DNA of 64,000 bases. It comes from an uncultured Anaerolineaceae bacterium (GTDB taxonomy: Bacteria; Chloroflexota; Anaerolineae; Anaerolineales; Anaerolineaceae). The stretch is from the NCBI GenBank assembly GCA_964536465.1, contig CAZHXQ010000001.1, positions 6,913-70,912 of the forward strand, written 5' to 3'. Of the stretch, positions 18,598 through 29,087 are shown one piece after another (position 1 is the first letter of the stretch; every line of letters starts with the position of its first letter). The notes below the pieces were generated by a model, which did not search any database, was not told the DNA's origin, and worked only from the letters and a program-made list of their open reading frames with translations. A program made the position numbers and the translations under genes.

Positions 18598-18718
18598 ACT
18601 TTGAGTATACATTATTACTTCACAAAATCAAGGGTATTTCCCTGGAGAAAGCACGAATATATAGAAAATATACACAAAACACATAATTGTTAAAGTCCTG
18701 TTAATAACAATGCGACCA

Positions 18719-19528
18719 TCAAGGGCTTGTTATTGCCTGTCCGTTCTGCGTACAATACGGGAGGGCATTATACCCCTGCATCAGGAGCTCGTGCAGAATT
18801 AATTCCAGAGCCTCAACTGTATTCTCACGATCAAGACCGCCATCGTGCATCAAAACCACCTTATCGGGCTCGAGGACCTCTCGCAGGTGGCTCAAAATAA
18901 CTTCGGGCTCCAGACCCGTCCAGTCTTTGGTGTCAATATTCCACATGGAGACCTCATATCCCATGGCCTCAGCATTTGCGGTGAGCAAGGGGGACTTCCT
19001 GCCATAGGGAGGGCGCATACAGTGGCCGAGCTGTTTTGCCAGCTCCTGGTCGCCTTCCATTGCGGCGATGATTGCCATCTCGGTGTCGTGTACTTCAGCG
19101 TAAAAGTATGAGTAACCCGCCGCTGAAAGATCGTAGTGGTTGAAGCCATGAACCCCAATGGTTTGACCGCGGCGTGCAATCTCGCGGACAACTTCAGGAT
19201 GGCTGACCACATTGTAGCCAATCATGTAAAAAGTAGCATTGGCCTGGTATCGCTCCAATAGTGTCAGGATTTGAGTGGTCCAGATTGGATCGGGTCCATC
19301 GTCAAAAGTGAGGAAAACAACTTTCTCGGGCTCCTCCACTGGCTGGTTGTTCACGGGCAAATCCTCATCAGGCTGACTCAGCCATCCCTGAACCATTTCT
19401 GATAAGTCAGCGGAATCGACGTTGGTGTGTACTAATGACTTAGCGCTGACCGCTGGCAGCTGTTGTGAGATCAGCATAAAAGTTATGCTGAAGCAGAAAA
19501 AGAATGGCAGCCACCTGGTAATTCTCAT
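18719..19528 (-). CDS. Secreted polysaccharide deacetylase (NodB homology domain, CE4)
   Basis: Signal peptide, then VVFLTFDDGPDPIWT, a second His motif (IGVHGFNH), and RPPYG. Confidence 0.85.
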   Translation of the reverse strand: MRITRWLPFFFCFSITFMLISQQLPAVSAKSLVHTNVDSADLSEMVQGWLSQPDEDLPVNNQPVEEPEKVVFLTFDDGPDPIWTTQILTLLERYQANATFYMIGYNVVSHPEVVREIARRGQTIGVHGFNHYDLSAAGYSYFYAEVHDTEMAIIAAMEGDQELAKQLGHCMRPPYGRKSPLLTANAEAMGYEVSMWNIDTKDWTGLEPEVILSHLREVLEPDKVVLMHDGGLDRENTVEALELILHELLMQGYNALPYCTQNGQAITSP

Positions 19529-19561
19529 ACAATTTAATCCTTCGCCTGAGCAGATAATAAC

Positions 19562-20740
19562 CTAATTTGAGCCTGTTTCAAAAATGGTCCCGGGCATCGG
19601 CTGCCAGGAAAGTCCATTGTTGGCAGTCATAAAAACGCGATTTTCCAAAAGCGAGTCTGGTGTGATTGTGGTGGTCAGGAAGCCGATATCAGCGTTGATC
19701 ATATTCAACCAGATGGGAATCAGGCCAGAGGGAAGCCCTGACGAGACATCCTGCCAGGTCAAACCCCCGTCTGAAGTCTGCAGCATCTTACCGTTACCGT
19801 ATGCCAGTCCACTGGTCAGGCTGCCATAATCAACAAATTCGATGTTTTCAAGCGTGGACAGATAGCTAAAATTCTCTCCGGCGTTGGTTGAAACACAGAA
19901 ATGTGTGCCCATTTGTCCATTCTCAAGGTAAGCTCGAACCGGCACGATTAGATTCTGGGTGCCTATTTTGATGATATCCATAGGATCCAGCTCCGAACTA
20001 TCCGCATTGGGCAGCCCTTCACAGCTCAACTGGTTCCAGGAAGAGCCCCCGTTTACTGACCGAAATAAATAAAGTGAACCCGGCATAGGGCGGCTACCAC
20101 CAACCAGAGCAATATTCTCTCCCAGAAGAGCCAAGTAGCTTTTGATTCCGGAAGCGGGCAGACCATGGTTATCCGGGCTCGAGGGGTCGTGTTCGAAAGT
20201 TTTTGTCCAGGTTGCCCCGCCATCAGCAGTTATATAAATACTAACATAATGTGAACCGGCTCCAACTCCCAGGTCAGACACGATCATGCCCTCCTGGTAG
20301 CTGCTGAAGGCTATGTTGCCACAGGCAAACTCTAACACATTGCTTGACCAAGTGCGCCCGCCATCGCTTGTAGCATACAACATGCCGGGAGATTCAATCT
20401 GCGACTGACAGACCCAGCCCAGACTACCATTAGGAAAGGCAACAAAAATTGTGCCGCTTTGACCTGGGCTGTCCAAGCCCTCTGGCGTGACATCAAGCCA
20501 GTGTTCCCCAAAATTAACCGTGTTGTAAATTTTGGTTTGGTTTAAATTGGTCGCCCAGCCCTTACCTCCGACAAATATTTCGGTCCTGGTAATGGGCGAG
20601 AGATACATGGGCGTGCTTGTCGGCACCTGCACGGACGTGGGTGAGGCCAGCTCGGAGGAAGTTGGCGTTTGCGCGCTTTGAATGCATCCGGAGAGCACAA
20701 GCGCGAAGATAAGAGACATGGCCAATAAAGGTTTTTTCAT
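19562..20740 (-). CDS. BNR/Asp-box repeat lipoprotein (Ycf48/sialidase-like beta-propeller)
   Basis: I place the start at ATG 20740 (MKKPLLAMSLIFALVLSGC lipobox, GGAGGTG RBS), not at the ORF-track start 20974. Asp-box repeats are SDGGRTWS, TADGGATWT, SVNGGSSWN, TSDGGLTWQ and ANNGLSWQ. Confidence 0.75.
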   Translation of the reverse strand: MKKPLLAMSLIFALVLSGCIQSAQTPTSSELASPTSVQVPTSTPMYLSPITRTEIFVGGKGWATNLNQTKIYNTVNFGEHWLDVTPEGLDSPGQSGTIFVAFPNGSLGWVCQSQIESPGMLYATSDGGRTWSSNVLEFACGNIAFSSYQEGMIVSDLGVGAGSHYVSIYITADGGATWTKTFEHDPSSPDNHGLPASGIKSYLALLGENIALVGGSRPMPGSLYLFRSVNGGSSWNQLSCEGLPNADSSELDPMDIIKIGTQNLIVPVRAYLENGQMGTHFCVSTNAGENFSYLSTLENIEFVDYGSLTSGLAYGNGKMLQTSDGGLTWQDVSSGLPSGLIPIWLNMINADIGFLTTTITPDSLLENRVFMTANNGLSWQPMPGTIFETGSN

Positions 20741-20958
20741 AAAACACCTCCAGGGTGTAATTGTCAACTGCAAGGCTGCATTTTCCATGCCCGGATTATG
20801 GTTTCCTCCGGTAAAAAAAGCCTTGCTGCAAAACAGTCTGCTGACATCGATTCGGTAGTAACTAAATCTACTCGAAAGACCTACACCATTGTACTTGAGG
20901 ATAAGAGCACCACTCACCTTATCACAAAACCTTTCTAAATAGCAGGCGGCAGCAATAA

Positions 20959-20974
20959 GTTTCACGTGAAACAT
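20959..20974. promoter_or_regulatory. Palindromic site GTTTCACGTGAAAC(AT), copy 1 (candidate operator)
   Basis: Perfect 14-bp palindrome inside an 817-bp non-coding region. An identical 16-mer recurs 71 bp away. Confidence 0.4.
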
Positions 20975-21029
20975 GGAGTTGGAAACATACCGATTGCTTG
21001 TCTGAGGATAGTTATAAATATGCCAGCGT

Positions 21030-21045
21030 GTTTCACGTGAAACAT
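21030..21045. promoter_or_regulatory. Palindromic site (T)GTTTCACGTGAAACA(T), copy 2 (candidate operator)
   Basis: Same 16-mer as copy 1, and here the palindrome extends to 16 bp. Half-sites GAAACAT (20983-20989) and ATGTTT (21052-21057) lie nearby. Confidence 0.4.
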
Positions 21046-21557
21046 TTATTCATGTTTTAGTGTGAATTCTTGTTAAAGACGCCAGTAGAAAGACCCAGAT
21101 AAATAGGAGAGCTCGCGTTGAGTTGTAGACTGGGTAAATCATTCCACCGTAACAACAAAAGAGAAACCCAGATCCTTTTAAATTGATGGAGCAAAAATTT
21201 GATGATCTACGTTTCAAAGAAGGGCATCTTGATCTCGCGTCTTGAACCGAAATGGTTCCGATCAATAGGCAATATTGCTGGCTGGTTAATTTTCAATCGG
21301 CTTTTTTCCTGTTCACCTCTGTTCAGATTAATACGCCGAGCTGAACCCTTTACAGGGGGGACTGTCCGGTTTGACAAATCGAGCCGTAAAACACTTTGCT
21401 AAAACTCTTATTTTGGGTAAGACTGCTTAGTCCGACTGGCAAGACTGAGGGCTACGAGATTTCTCTACGGATTATTGTCGCCAATAGCGAGGAGCCCGAG
21501 GCTGTGAGTCGGCTAATCGTTGATACAATTAGGAAACGATCTTGAAAGGAGATTGCT

Positions 21558-21896
21558 ATGAAAAAAACCCTTTTCTACGCTATGAACGGTGAAAAAATGT
21601 GTTTCCAGCACGTGCTCCTTAACGCGCTTGACCTCAAAGATGATGGCGGCCAGGTTAAGATTATCTTTGAAGGTTCTTCGGTCAAGCTGCCAGCACAACT
21701 AGCCAGCGAAGGCAATAAACTCTACCAGAAAGCGCTCGAGGCGGACCTGATCGCCGGGATTTGCCTGGCATGCTCCCACGCCTTAGGCGTTTATGAAGCC
21801 AACGCAGCTCTGGGACTGCCAATGTTGGATGATATGAATGGGCATGCTGGTATGCGCGCCTATATCGCCGATGGCTGGGAAGTTGTCAGCATGTGA
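21558..21896 (+). CDS. DsrE/DsrF-like family protein
   Basis: 112 aa with an AAGGAG RBS. Sequence MKKTLFYAMNGEKMCFQHVLLNALDLKDDGGQVKIIFEGSSVKL...CLACSHAL resembles the small DsrE-fold proteins. Confidence 0.65.
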   Translation: MKKTLFYAMNGEKMCFQHVLLNALDLKDDGGQVKIIFEGSSVKLPAQLASEGNKLYQKALEADLIAGICLACSHALGVYEANAALGLPMLDDMNGHAGMRAYIADGWEVVSM

Positions 21897-22317
21897 TCCG
21901 TACTCCCGAGAAATCGGAATTCAGTCTGAATCTTTGATTTTGACTAAGGGCTCCATCGAGGTGATAATGGAATCGACCCTGATTTATTTGGGATTTCATG
22001 TCAGGGGATAGCTTTCAGGTCTGTTAACTGTTGCTGCGGTACAGGACGAGTTCACAAAGGCATAGTGCAATCCTACTGTGGTAAATAAAACATTTTCTCG
22101 TGAAAGTTAATTTATTTTTTGCTTCTATTGGTCTGACTTTCCCAGTAACCCTGGTGAGTTCACAAACGAGCCATCAGCTAAAGGTTACAAGTCCACCGCT
22201 GAAATTCGGCCATTTTTATCCAAAGAGGGTAGACAGGTTGTTATCGGATAGAGGTGCAGTCGTGATCCAGACGGATAATTTGGATTTCTATTTTGGAACT
22301 GCTGGTTAAAAGAAAAA

Positions 22318-22390
22318 GTGTCCTCGGCGCGAGTCGAACGCGCAACCGTCTGCTCCGCAAGCAGGTGCTCTATCCATTAAGCTACGAGGA
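22318..22390 (-). tRNA. tRNA-Arg, anticodon GCG
   Basis: Hand-folded cloverleaf from GTCCTCGTAGCTTAATGGATAGAGCACCTGCTTGCGGAGCAGACGGTTGCGCGTTCGACTCGCGCCGAGGACA. It has a 7-bp acceptor stem, a 4-bp D stem, anticodon loop TTGCGGA, and a 5-bp T stem with a TTCGACT loop. No CCA is encoded. Confidence 0.85.
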
Positions 22391-22409
22391 CTTTTTTTGT
22401 AAGGATGGT

Positions 22410-22438
22410 TATTCTAACCTCAATTCAAATTGTGGTCA
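22410..22438 (-). promoter_or_regulatory. Sigma70-type promoter for tRNA-Arg
   Basis: The minus strand reads TTGACC-17 nt-TAGAAT. The -10 element ends 19 nt before the mature tRNA 5' end. Confidence 0.45.
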
Positions 22439-22845
22439 AGGGAAAAATGAGCCTCAGGCCTTCGTCTCGCGTTGGTGGAATGGTACCTACCAAAGAAAAG
22501 TAAGCCACTAACAGTTGTAATTCAAGGCATTATGAGTGCGCATAGGTATAATTTAACTGTGAGACGCTACCTTTTTGTCGTGATTTAGCAAATATGAAGT
22601 TTTCGTTTCTTTCTTTATTCAACTGTCATACCCGGCGGAAATAATACGTTGAGCAAGCTGATTTAATCTAAGTAATTCTTCACGATTGCGCTGGGAGTCG
22701 CCCATGCTAAAAGATAGCGAAACTATACATTGACTCCAGCTCTTGCTATAACGAAAAACGATCTCAATCCGTTCTTTCTCGTTTATACTCTAAGGGTAAG
22801 CTTTGCCGTCGCTCCCCCAACTCAAAGACGGAAAAGGAGGAAGCT

Positions 22846-24627
22846 TTGAAACAACTCATCACAGGCGATGAAGCCATCGCCCGCGGTGCCTGGGAAGCTG
22901 GCGTTCGTTTCGCAGCTGCCTATCCAGGCACACCCAGCACTGAAATCCTCGAAACCATCGCAACTTACCCAGAAATCCACTCGGAGTGGGCGCCCAACGA
23001 GAAAACCGCCCTTGAATCGGTTATGGGCGCTTCCATCGCTGGTGCTCGCTCGCTGGCAGCCATGAAACACGTCGGTCTCAACGTCGCCGCTGACCCCTTT
23101 TTCACTTTCGCTTATATTGGTGTAAATGCCGGTTCGGTGGTGGTCACCGCGGATGAACCCGGGCAGTTTTCCTCTCAAAACGAGCAGGATAACCGTAACT
23201 ATGCTAAAGCAGCCATGACACCGATGTTTGAGCCTTCCGACAGCCAGGAATGCAAAGATATGCTCATCGAGGCTTTCGAAATCAGCGAAAAGCATGACAT
23301 TCCCGTGCTCATGCGCATGACCACGCGCGTCTGCCACTCCAAAAGCATGGTCGAACTGGGTGAGCGCCGCGAGGTGCCGCTGCAGCCCTATGTTAAAAAC
23401 ATTAAAAAGTATGTCGCTGTGCCTGCCAACGCCCGTCCGATGAAGGTTAAGATCCAGCAAAACCGGGAACTTTTAAAAGAATACAGCAACAACTGTCCCT
23501 GGAACCGTGTTGAGTACGGTGACACCAAAATGGGTGTTATTTGCTCGGGAGATTGCTACCTTTACGCCCGCGAGGTCTTTGGCGACGGTGCTTCCTACCT
23601 CAAGTTAGGCTTCACCAATCCCTTGCCTGACCAGATGATACAGAATTTCGCTTCTAAAGTTGATCAGGTTTATATTATTGAAGAAAACGATCCCTATATC
23701 GAACAGCATGTTCGTGCTCTGGGCATAGAGTGTTTCGGTAAAGACATTTTTCCGCTTAACGGCGAGATGACCCCCGAAGTCATCCGCAGAGTTATTTTTG
23801 GTCAAGACTACCCTGTTGATGAGCAATTACAGGCAGCGATCGTCGCCAGACCGCCCACTTTGTGTGCCGGATGTCCCCACCGCGGATTCTTTTATGAATT
23901 GGGTCGGCGTAAAAAAGTGATGGTCTCGGGTGATATCGGCTGTTATACCCTGGCATCTGGCGCGCCTTATAACGCCATGGAAACCACCGTCTGCATGGGC
24001 GCAAGTATCAGCCTCGGTCACGGCGCGCAACAAATTTTCGACACAATCGAAGGCGATAAGCCTCGCGTGGTCTCCGTGATTGGCGACTCTACCTTCTTCC
24101 ATTCGGGAATCAACTCGCTGCTGGACGCGGTTTACAACCGCAGCAATCTCATCACCGTCGTGCTCGATAACCGCATCACCGCCATGACCGGTCAGCAGGA
24201 AAACCCTGGTTCAGGCTACACCATTGCTCGCGAAATGACCGAAGCTGTCAACATTGAAACGCTTACCCGGGCCATGGGTATCAAAAATGTACGCACCATC
24301 AACCCAAACAAGCTCGACCAAGTCAAAGAGGCTCTCGATTGGGCGCTTGGCATGCAGGAGCCCACAGTAATCATCACCCGCTGGCCTTGCGCGCTCAAGA
24401 AACAATCCCCATGGGACCTGGAAGAATTCGAAAATGCCTTTACCGAAACCTATTTTGTGGACGAATTGGTCTGTATCGGCTGCCGAAAGTGCACCAAAAC
24501 AGGTTGTCCGGCGGTGGTCTTCCAGTTTGACAAGAAAAAGTCGTCCATCGACCCCGATAAATGTGTTGGCTGCAGCGTCTGTGCCCAGGTTTGTCCGGTG
24601 CAGGCTATCCAGAAAGTGGAGGCGTAG
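22846..24627 (+). CDS. iorA: Indolepyruvate:ferredoxin oxidoreductase, alpha subunit
   Basis: 593 aa with a TPP-binding region (GDIGCYTL, GDSTFFHSG) and two C-terminal 4Fe-4S motifs (CIGCRKCTKTGCP, CVGCSVCAQVCP). AAGGAGGAAG RBS and TTG start. Confidence 0.9.
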   Translation: MKQLITGDEAIARGAWEAGVRFAAAYPGTPSTEILETIATYPEIHSEWAPNEKTALESVMGASIAGARSLAAMKHVGLNVAADPFFTFAYIGVNAGSVVVTADEPGQFSSQNEQDNRNYAKAAMTPMFEPSDSQECKDMLIEAFEISEKHDIPVLMRMTTRVCHSKSMVELGERREVPLQPYVKNIKKYVAVPANARPMKVKIQQNRELLKEYSNNCPWNRVEYGDTKMGVICSGDCYLYAREVFGDGASYLKLGFTNPLPDQMIQNFASKVDQVYIIEENDPYIEQHVRALGIECFGKDIFPLNGEMTPEVIRRVIFGQDYPVDEQLQAAIVARPPTLCAGCPHRGFFYELGRRKKVMVSGDIGCYTLASGAPYNAMETTVCMGASISLGHGAQQIFDTIEGDKPRVVSVIGDSTFFHSGINSLLDAVYNRSNLITVVLDNRITAMTGQQENPGSGYTIAREMTEAVNIETLTRAMGIKNVRTINPNKLDQVKEALDWALGMQEPTVIITRWPCALKKQSPWDLEEFENAFTETYFVDELVCIGCRKCTKTGCPAVVFQFDKKKSSIDPDKCVGCSVCAQVCPVQAIQKVEA

Positions 24628-25209
24628 ATGAGCACAAAAAACATTTTGCTAACGGGTGTAGGTGGCCAGGGAACAATTTTAGCCAGCAAGCTGCTGACCA
24701 ATGGTCTGATCGAAGCCGGTTACGATGTAAAAATGAGCGAAGTTCACGGCATGTCGCAGCGCGAAGGACCCGTTCTGACCCATGTTCGTTATGGCGAAAG
24801 AGTCTACTCCCCCATTGTCGAGAAGCGCAAAGCGGATTTAATCGTTGGTTTTGAAGAGCTGGAAGTGCTGCGCAATCTCGATTACCTGCGTGGCGATGGA
24901 GAGGGCATTGTCATCTTCAACTGCGTACGCGTTAATCCCATTGGCGTACAGATGGGCAAGGATAAATACCCGACCAATGGTGAGGAGCTCATCCGTGCGA
25001 GAGCCGGGAAGTTGATCGCGCTGGATGGTCAGGCGAAAGCACGTGAACTGGGCAACCCGCGGGTGATCAACATCATCCTGTTGGGTGTGCTTATCCGCGA
25101 ATTGGGTTTGCAGGAGATCGACTGGAATCGCATCATTGCTGAGAATATCAAAGAAAAATATATTCCTCTCAACCAGCAAGCACTGCAGGCAGGTCTGAAT
25201 CTGGAATAA
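24628..25209 (+). CDS. iorB: Indolepyruvate:ferredoxin oxidoreductase, beta subunit
   Basis: 193 aa with ILLTGVGGQGTILASKLL, the pyruvate/ketoisovalerate oxidoreductase gamma-like domain. Its start directly abuts the iorA stop codon. Confidence 0.9.
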   Translation: MSTKNILLTGVGGQGTILASKLLTNGLIEAGYDVKMSEVHGMSQREGPVLTHVRYGERVYSPIVEKRKADLIVGFEELEVLRNLDYLRGDGEGIVIFNCVRVNPIGVQMGKDKYPTNGEELIRARAGKLIALDGQAKARELGNPRVINIILLGVLIRELGLQEIDWNRIIAENIKEKYIPLNQQALQAGLNLE

Positions 25210-25394
25210 TTAACAAAAAAGTGAATGGCGGGCTCGAACCCACTCTCAAATTTATTAAATTTTGGAAGAGGCTTAAGCATCATAAATTTCTTTTTGCTTT
25301 GCTGCATACGATTTTTGTCTGAATTGCACTTTTAAAAGGTCTTTCCGCTATAAATTATTTTATAATAGACAAACAATTACGGGAGATTTTCATT

Positions 25395-26693
25395 GTGGAG
25401 TACTTATGGATAATACTGATCGCAGTTTTGTTATTTTTCGTTCTAGGCATCCTTTTCATAGTAAGTAGAAGAAAAATGAGTAGCCCAACTAATGGGATCC
25501 AAATCACTCAGGAGACTGTGCCAAGCGTCCCAGAACCACTAGCGTTAATTAACAAAGAGGACTTTCAATCAATCATACATATCGAGCAATTACCTATAAC
25601 AACAGTCTTGGATGAAAAGAAACTCTTTAAAATATCAGACAAAACAGTAATTGCACGAATTTCCCAGACGTTGCCTGTGTCAGCAAATTTAGCAGCAAAT
25701 ACTACAATGCAAAACTTTACTCAGGCGTTGAATGAGCAAAATATTTACAAAGCCATAATCCCCTCAGGTGCACATTTAGTAAATCCAACAAAAAATGGTG
25801 TTCAATACGGTTTTTTTGATAGTTCCGCGAAGAGCGGGCATGTGGCATGGGAAAAAGTTGATGTGACAAAAATGCAGCGCGTACAATCCCTCCAACTTGG
25901 GATGGCTAATGTGATGACTGTGGCTTCCATGGTTGTTGGGCAATATTATATGTCGGTTATCAACTCCAAATTGGAAAATATGACGAAAAACATCGAGAAA
26001 ATAGGAGATTTTCAGGAAAAAGAATTTCAAAGCCGAATATTATCCTTAACAACTAGTGTTGAAGAGGTCTCACAATTCAGTGCGGAAATCCTGGAGGATA
26101 ACGACCAAGGAAGAGATAAACTAGACACACTCGAAAATTTGAAAAAAACAACTACTGAATTGCTTGGACAGGTAAATCTCACGATAAATGCCTTAAATAA
26201 CACGAATCCTAAACCAAAATACAAAGATTATTTGTCAATTATTGACGATTTCCAAAAGTTGTCTGTATACCAGGAAGTCTTGGTCAATGCACTTGCAGAA
26301 ATCAGCAAACTGATTTATTTGTTGGGAAAAGGTGTGATTTCAATAGAACATAGCCACTACTCCTACAAAAAATATCTTGGTATGTCCTCGGCAACACGAG
26401 TTAGTCTATGCGAATGGCATGACAATCAGAATAAAAAATTTGGTATTAATGTAGACCTGGAATGGAAAAAAAGAAGTGGTTTAAAAAAGATTGTAATGCA
26501 GCCTTGGATTTACTTTGACGATAAGAAAATGTTTGAAGATGTCCCAAAGAGTCTTGTTCATAAAATAAATCACCAAACAAAGGAACTACCTGTTTGGGAC
26601 TCAGAAGCAAAGGATTTCTATAACGAGCCTGTCGTTATTGTGATCAAAGATGGTCAATACTACTATCTGACTGAACCTGATAATTCTAATTAG
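25395..26693 (+). CDS. Hypothetical membrane-anchored protein (orphan, AT-rich gene)
   Basis: 432 aa with a GTG start and one N-terminal TM helix (WIILIAVLLFFVLGILFIV). It has a central hydrophobic segment plus a long coiled-coil-like region, and I recognise no motif. Sampled lines are 33-38% GC against about 45-47% in flanking genes. Confidence 0.6.
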   Translation: MEYLWIILIAVLLFFVLGILFIVSRRKMSSPTNGIQITQETVPSVPEPLALINKEDFQSIIHIEQLPITTVLDEKKLFKISDKTVIARISQTLPVSANLAANTTMQNFTQALNEQNIYKAIIPSGAHLVNPTKNGVQYGFFDSSAKSGHVAWEKVDVTKMQRVQSLQLGMANVMTVASMVVGQYYMSVINSKLENMTKNIEKIGDFQEKEFQSRILSLTTSVEEVSQFSAEILEDNDQGRDKLDTLENLKKTTTELLGQVNLTINALNNTNPKPKYKDYLSIIDDFQKLSVYQEVLVNALAEISKLIYLLGKGVISIEHSHYSYKKYLGMSSATRVSLCEWHDNQNKKFGINVDLEWKKRSGLKKIVMQPWIYFDDKKMFEDVPKSLVHKINHQTKELPVWDSEAKDFYNEPVVIVIKDGQYYYLTEPDNSN

Positions 26694-26724
26694 TAGGAAT
26701 ATAAATTCCCGACTTACTCCTAAT

Positions 26725-26752
26725 TTGACATCCGTACCATTTTGCTTATAAT
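26725..26752 (+). promoter_or_regulatory. Consensus sigma70 promoter heading the glycan locus
   Basis: TTGACA (26725-26730), a 16-nt spacer, then TATAAT (26747-26752). The ATG of the regulator lies only 17 nt downstream of the -10, so the leader is very short or absent. Confidence 0.55.
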
Positions 26753-26768
26753 TCAAAAACTGAATTAT

Positions 26769-29086
<2,318 letters not shown>

Positions 29087-29087
29087 C

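Noticed and set aside
20741-20974. N-terminal extensions offered by the ORF track (19562-20974, 27169, 28139, 45484, 47944, 51127, 54170, 26742)
   Set aside because: Internal starts give canonical N-termini (lipobox, Rossmann or family motifs). They also have RBSs or start/stop overlaps with the upstream gene. The extensions overlap neighbouring genes or promoters.
21050-21402. Small ORFs (71 aa on the minus strand, 67 aa on the plus strand) in the long gap upstream of the DsrE-like gene, and the 69-72 aa ORFs at 22100-22511
   Set aside because: They have no RBS, and one overlaps the tRNA gene. Their composition and sequence are unremarkable. I treat the region as non-coding, possibly decayed.
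22474-22487. T-box-like GGTGGAATGGTACC upstream of iorA
   Set aside because: It differs from the GGGTGGTACCGCG core by an insertion. It lies about 360 nt from the start codon with no specifier or terminator architecture, and iorAB is not a typical T-box target.
22822-23460. Long antisense ORFs inside well-supported genes (for example 22822-23460, 13452-14021, 27355-27894, 32832-33683, 40687-41214, 44933-45460, 52275-52826, 57659-58216)
   Set aside because: Each is fully nested opposite a gene with strong family motifs. Their translations are low-complexity or Arg/His-rich, and none has an RBS or independent support. They are typical shadow ORFs.
25221-25247. tRNA T-arm-like sequence (minus strand GTGGG-TTCGAG-CCCGC) just downstream of iorB, considered as an integration-site relic for the AT-rich gene
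   Set aside because: On careful counting the loop is 6 nt, not the canonical 7. There is no acceptor, D or anticodon arm, and no matching direct repeat on the other side of the AT-rich gene.
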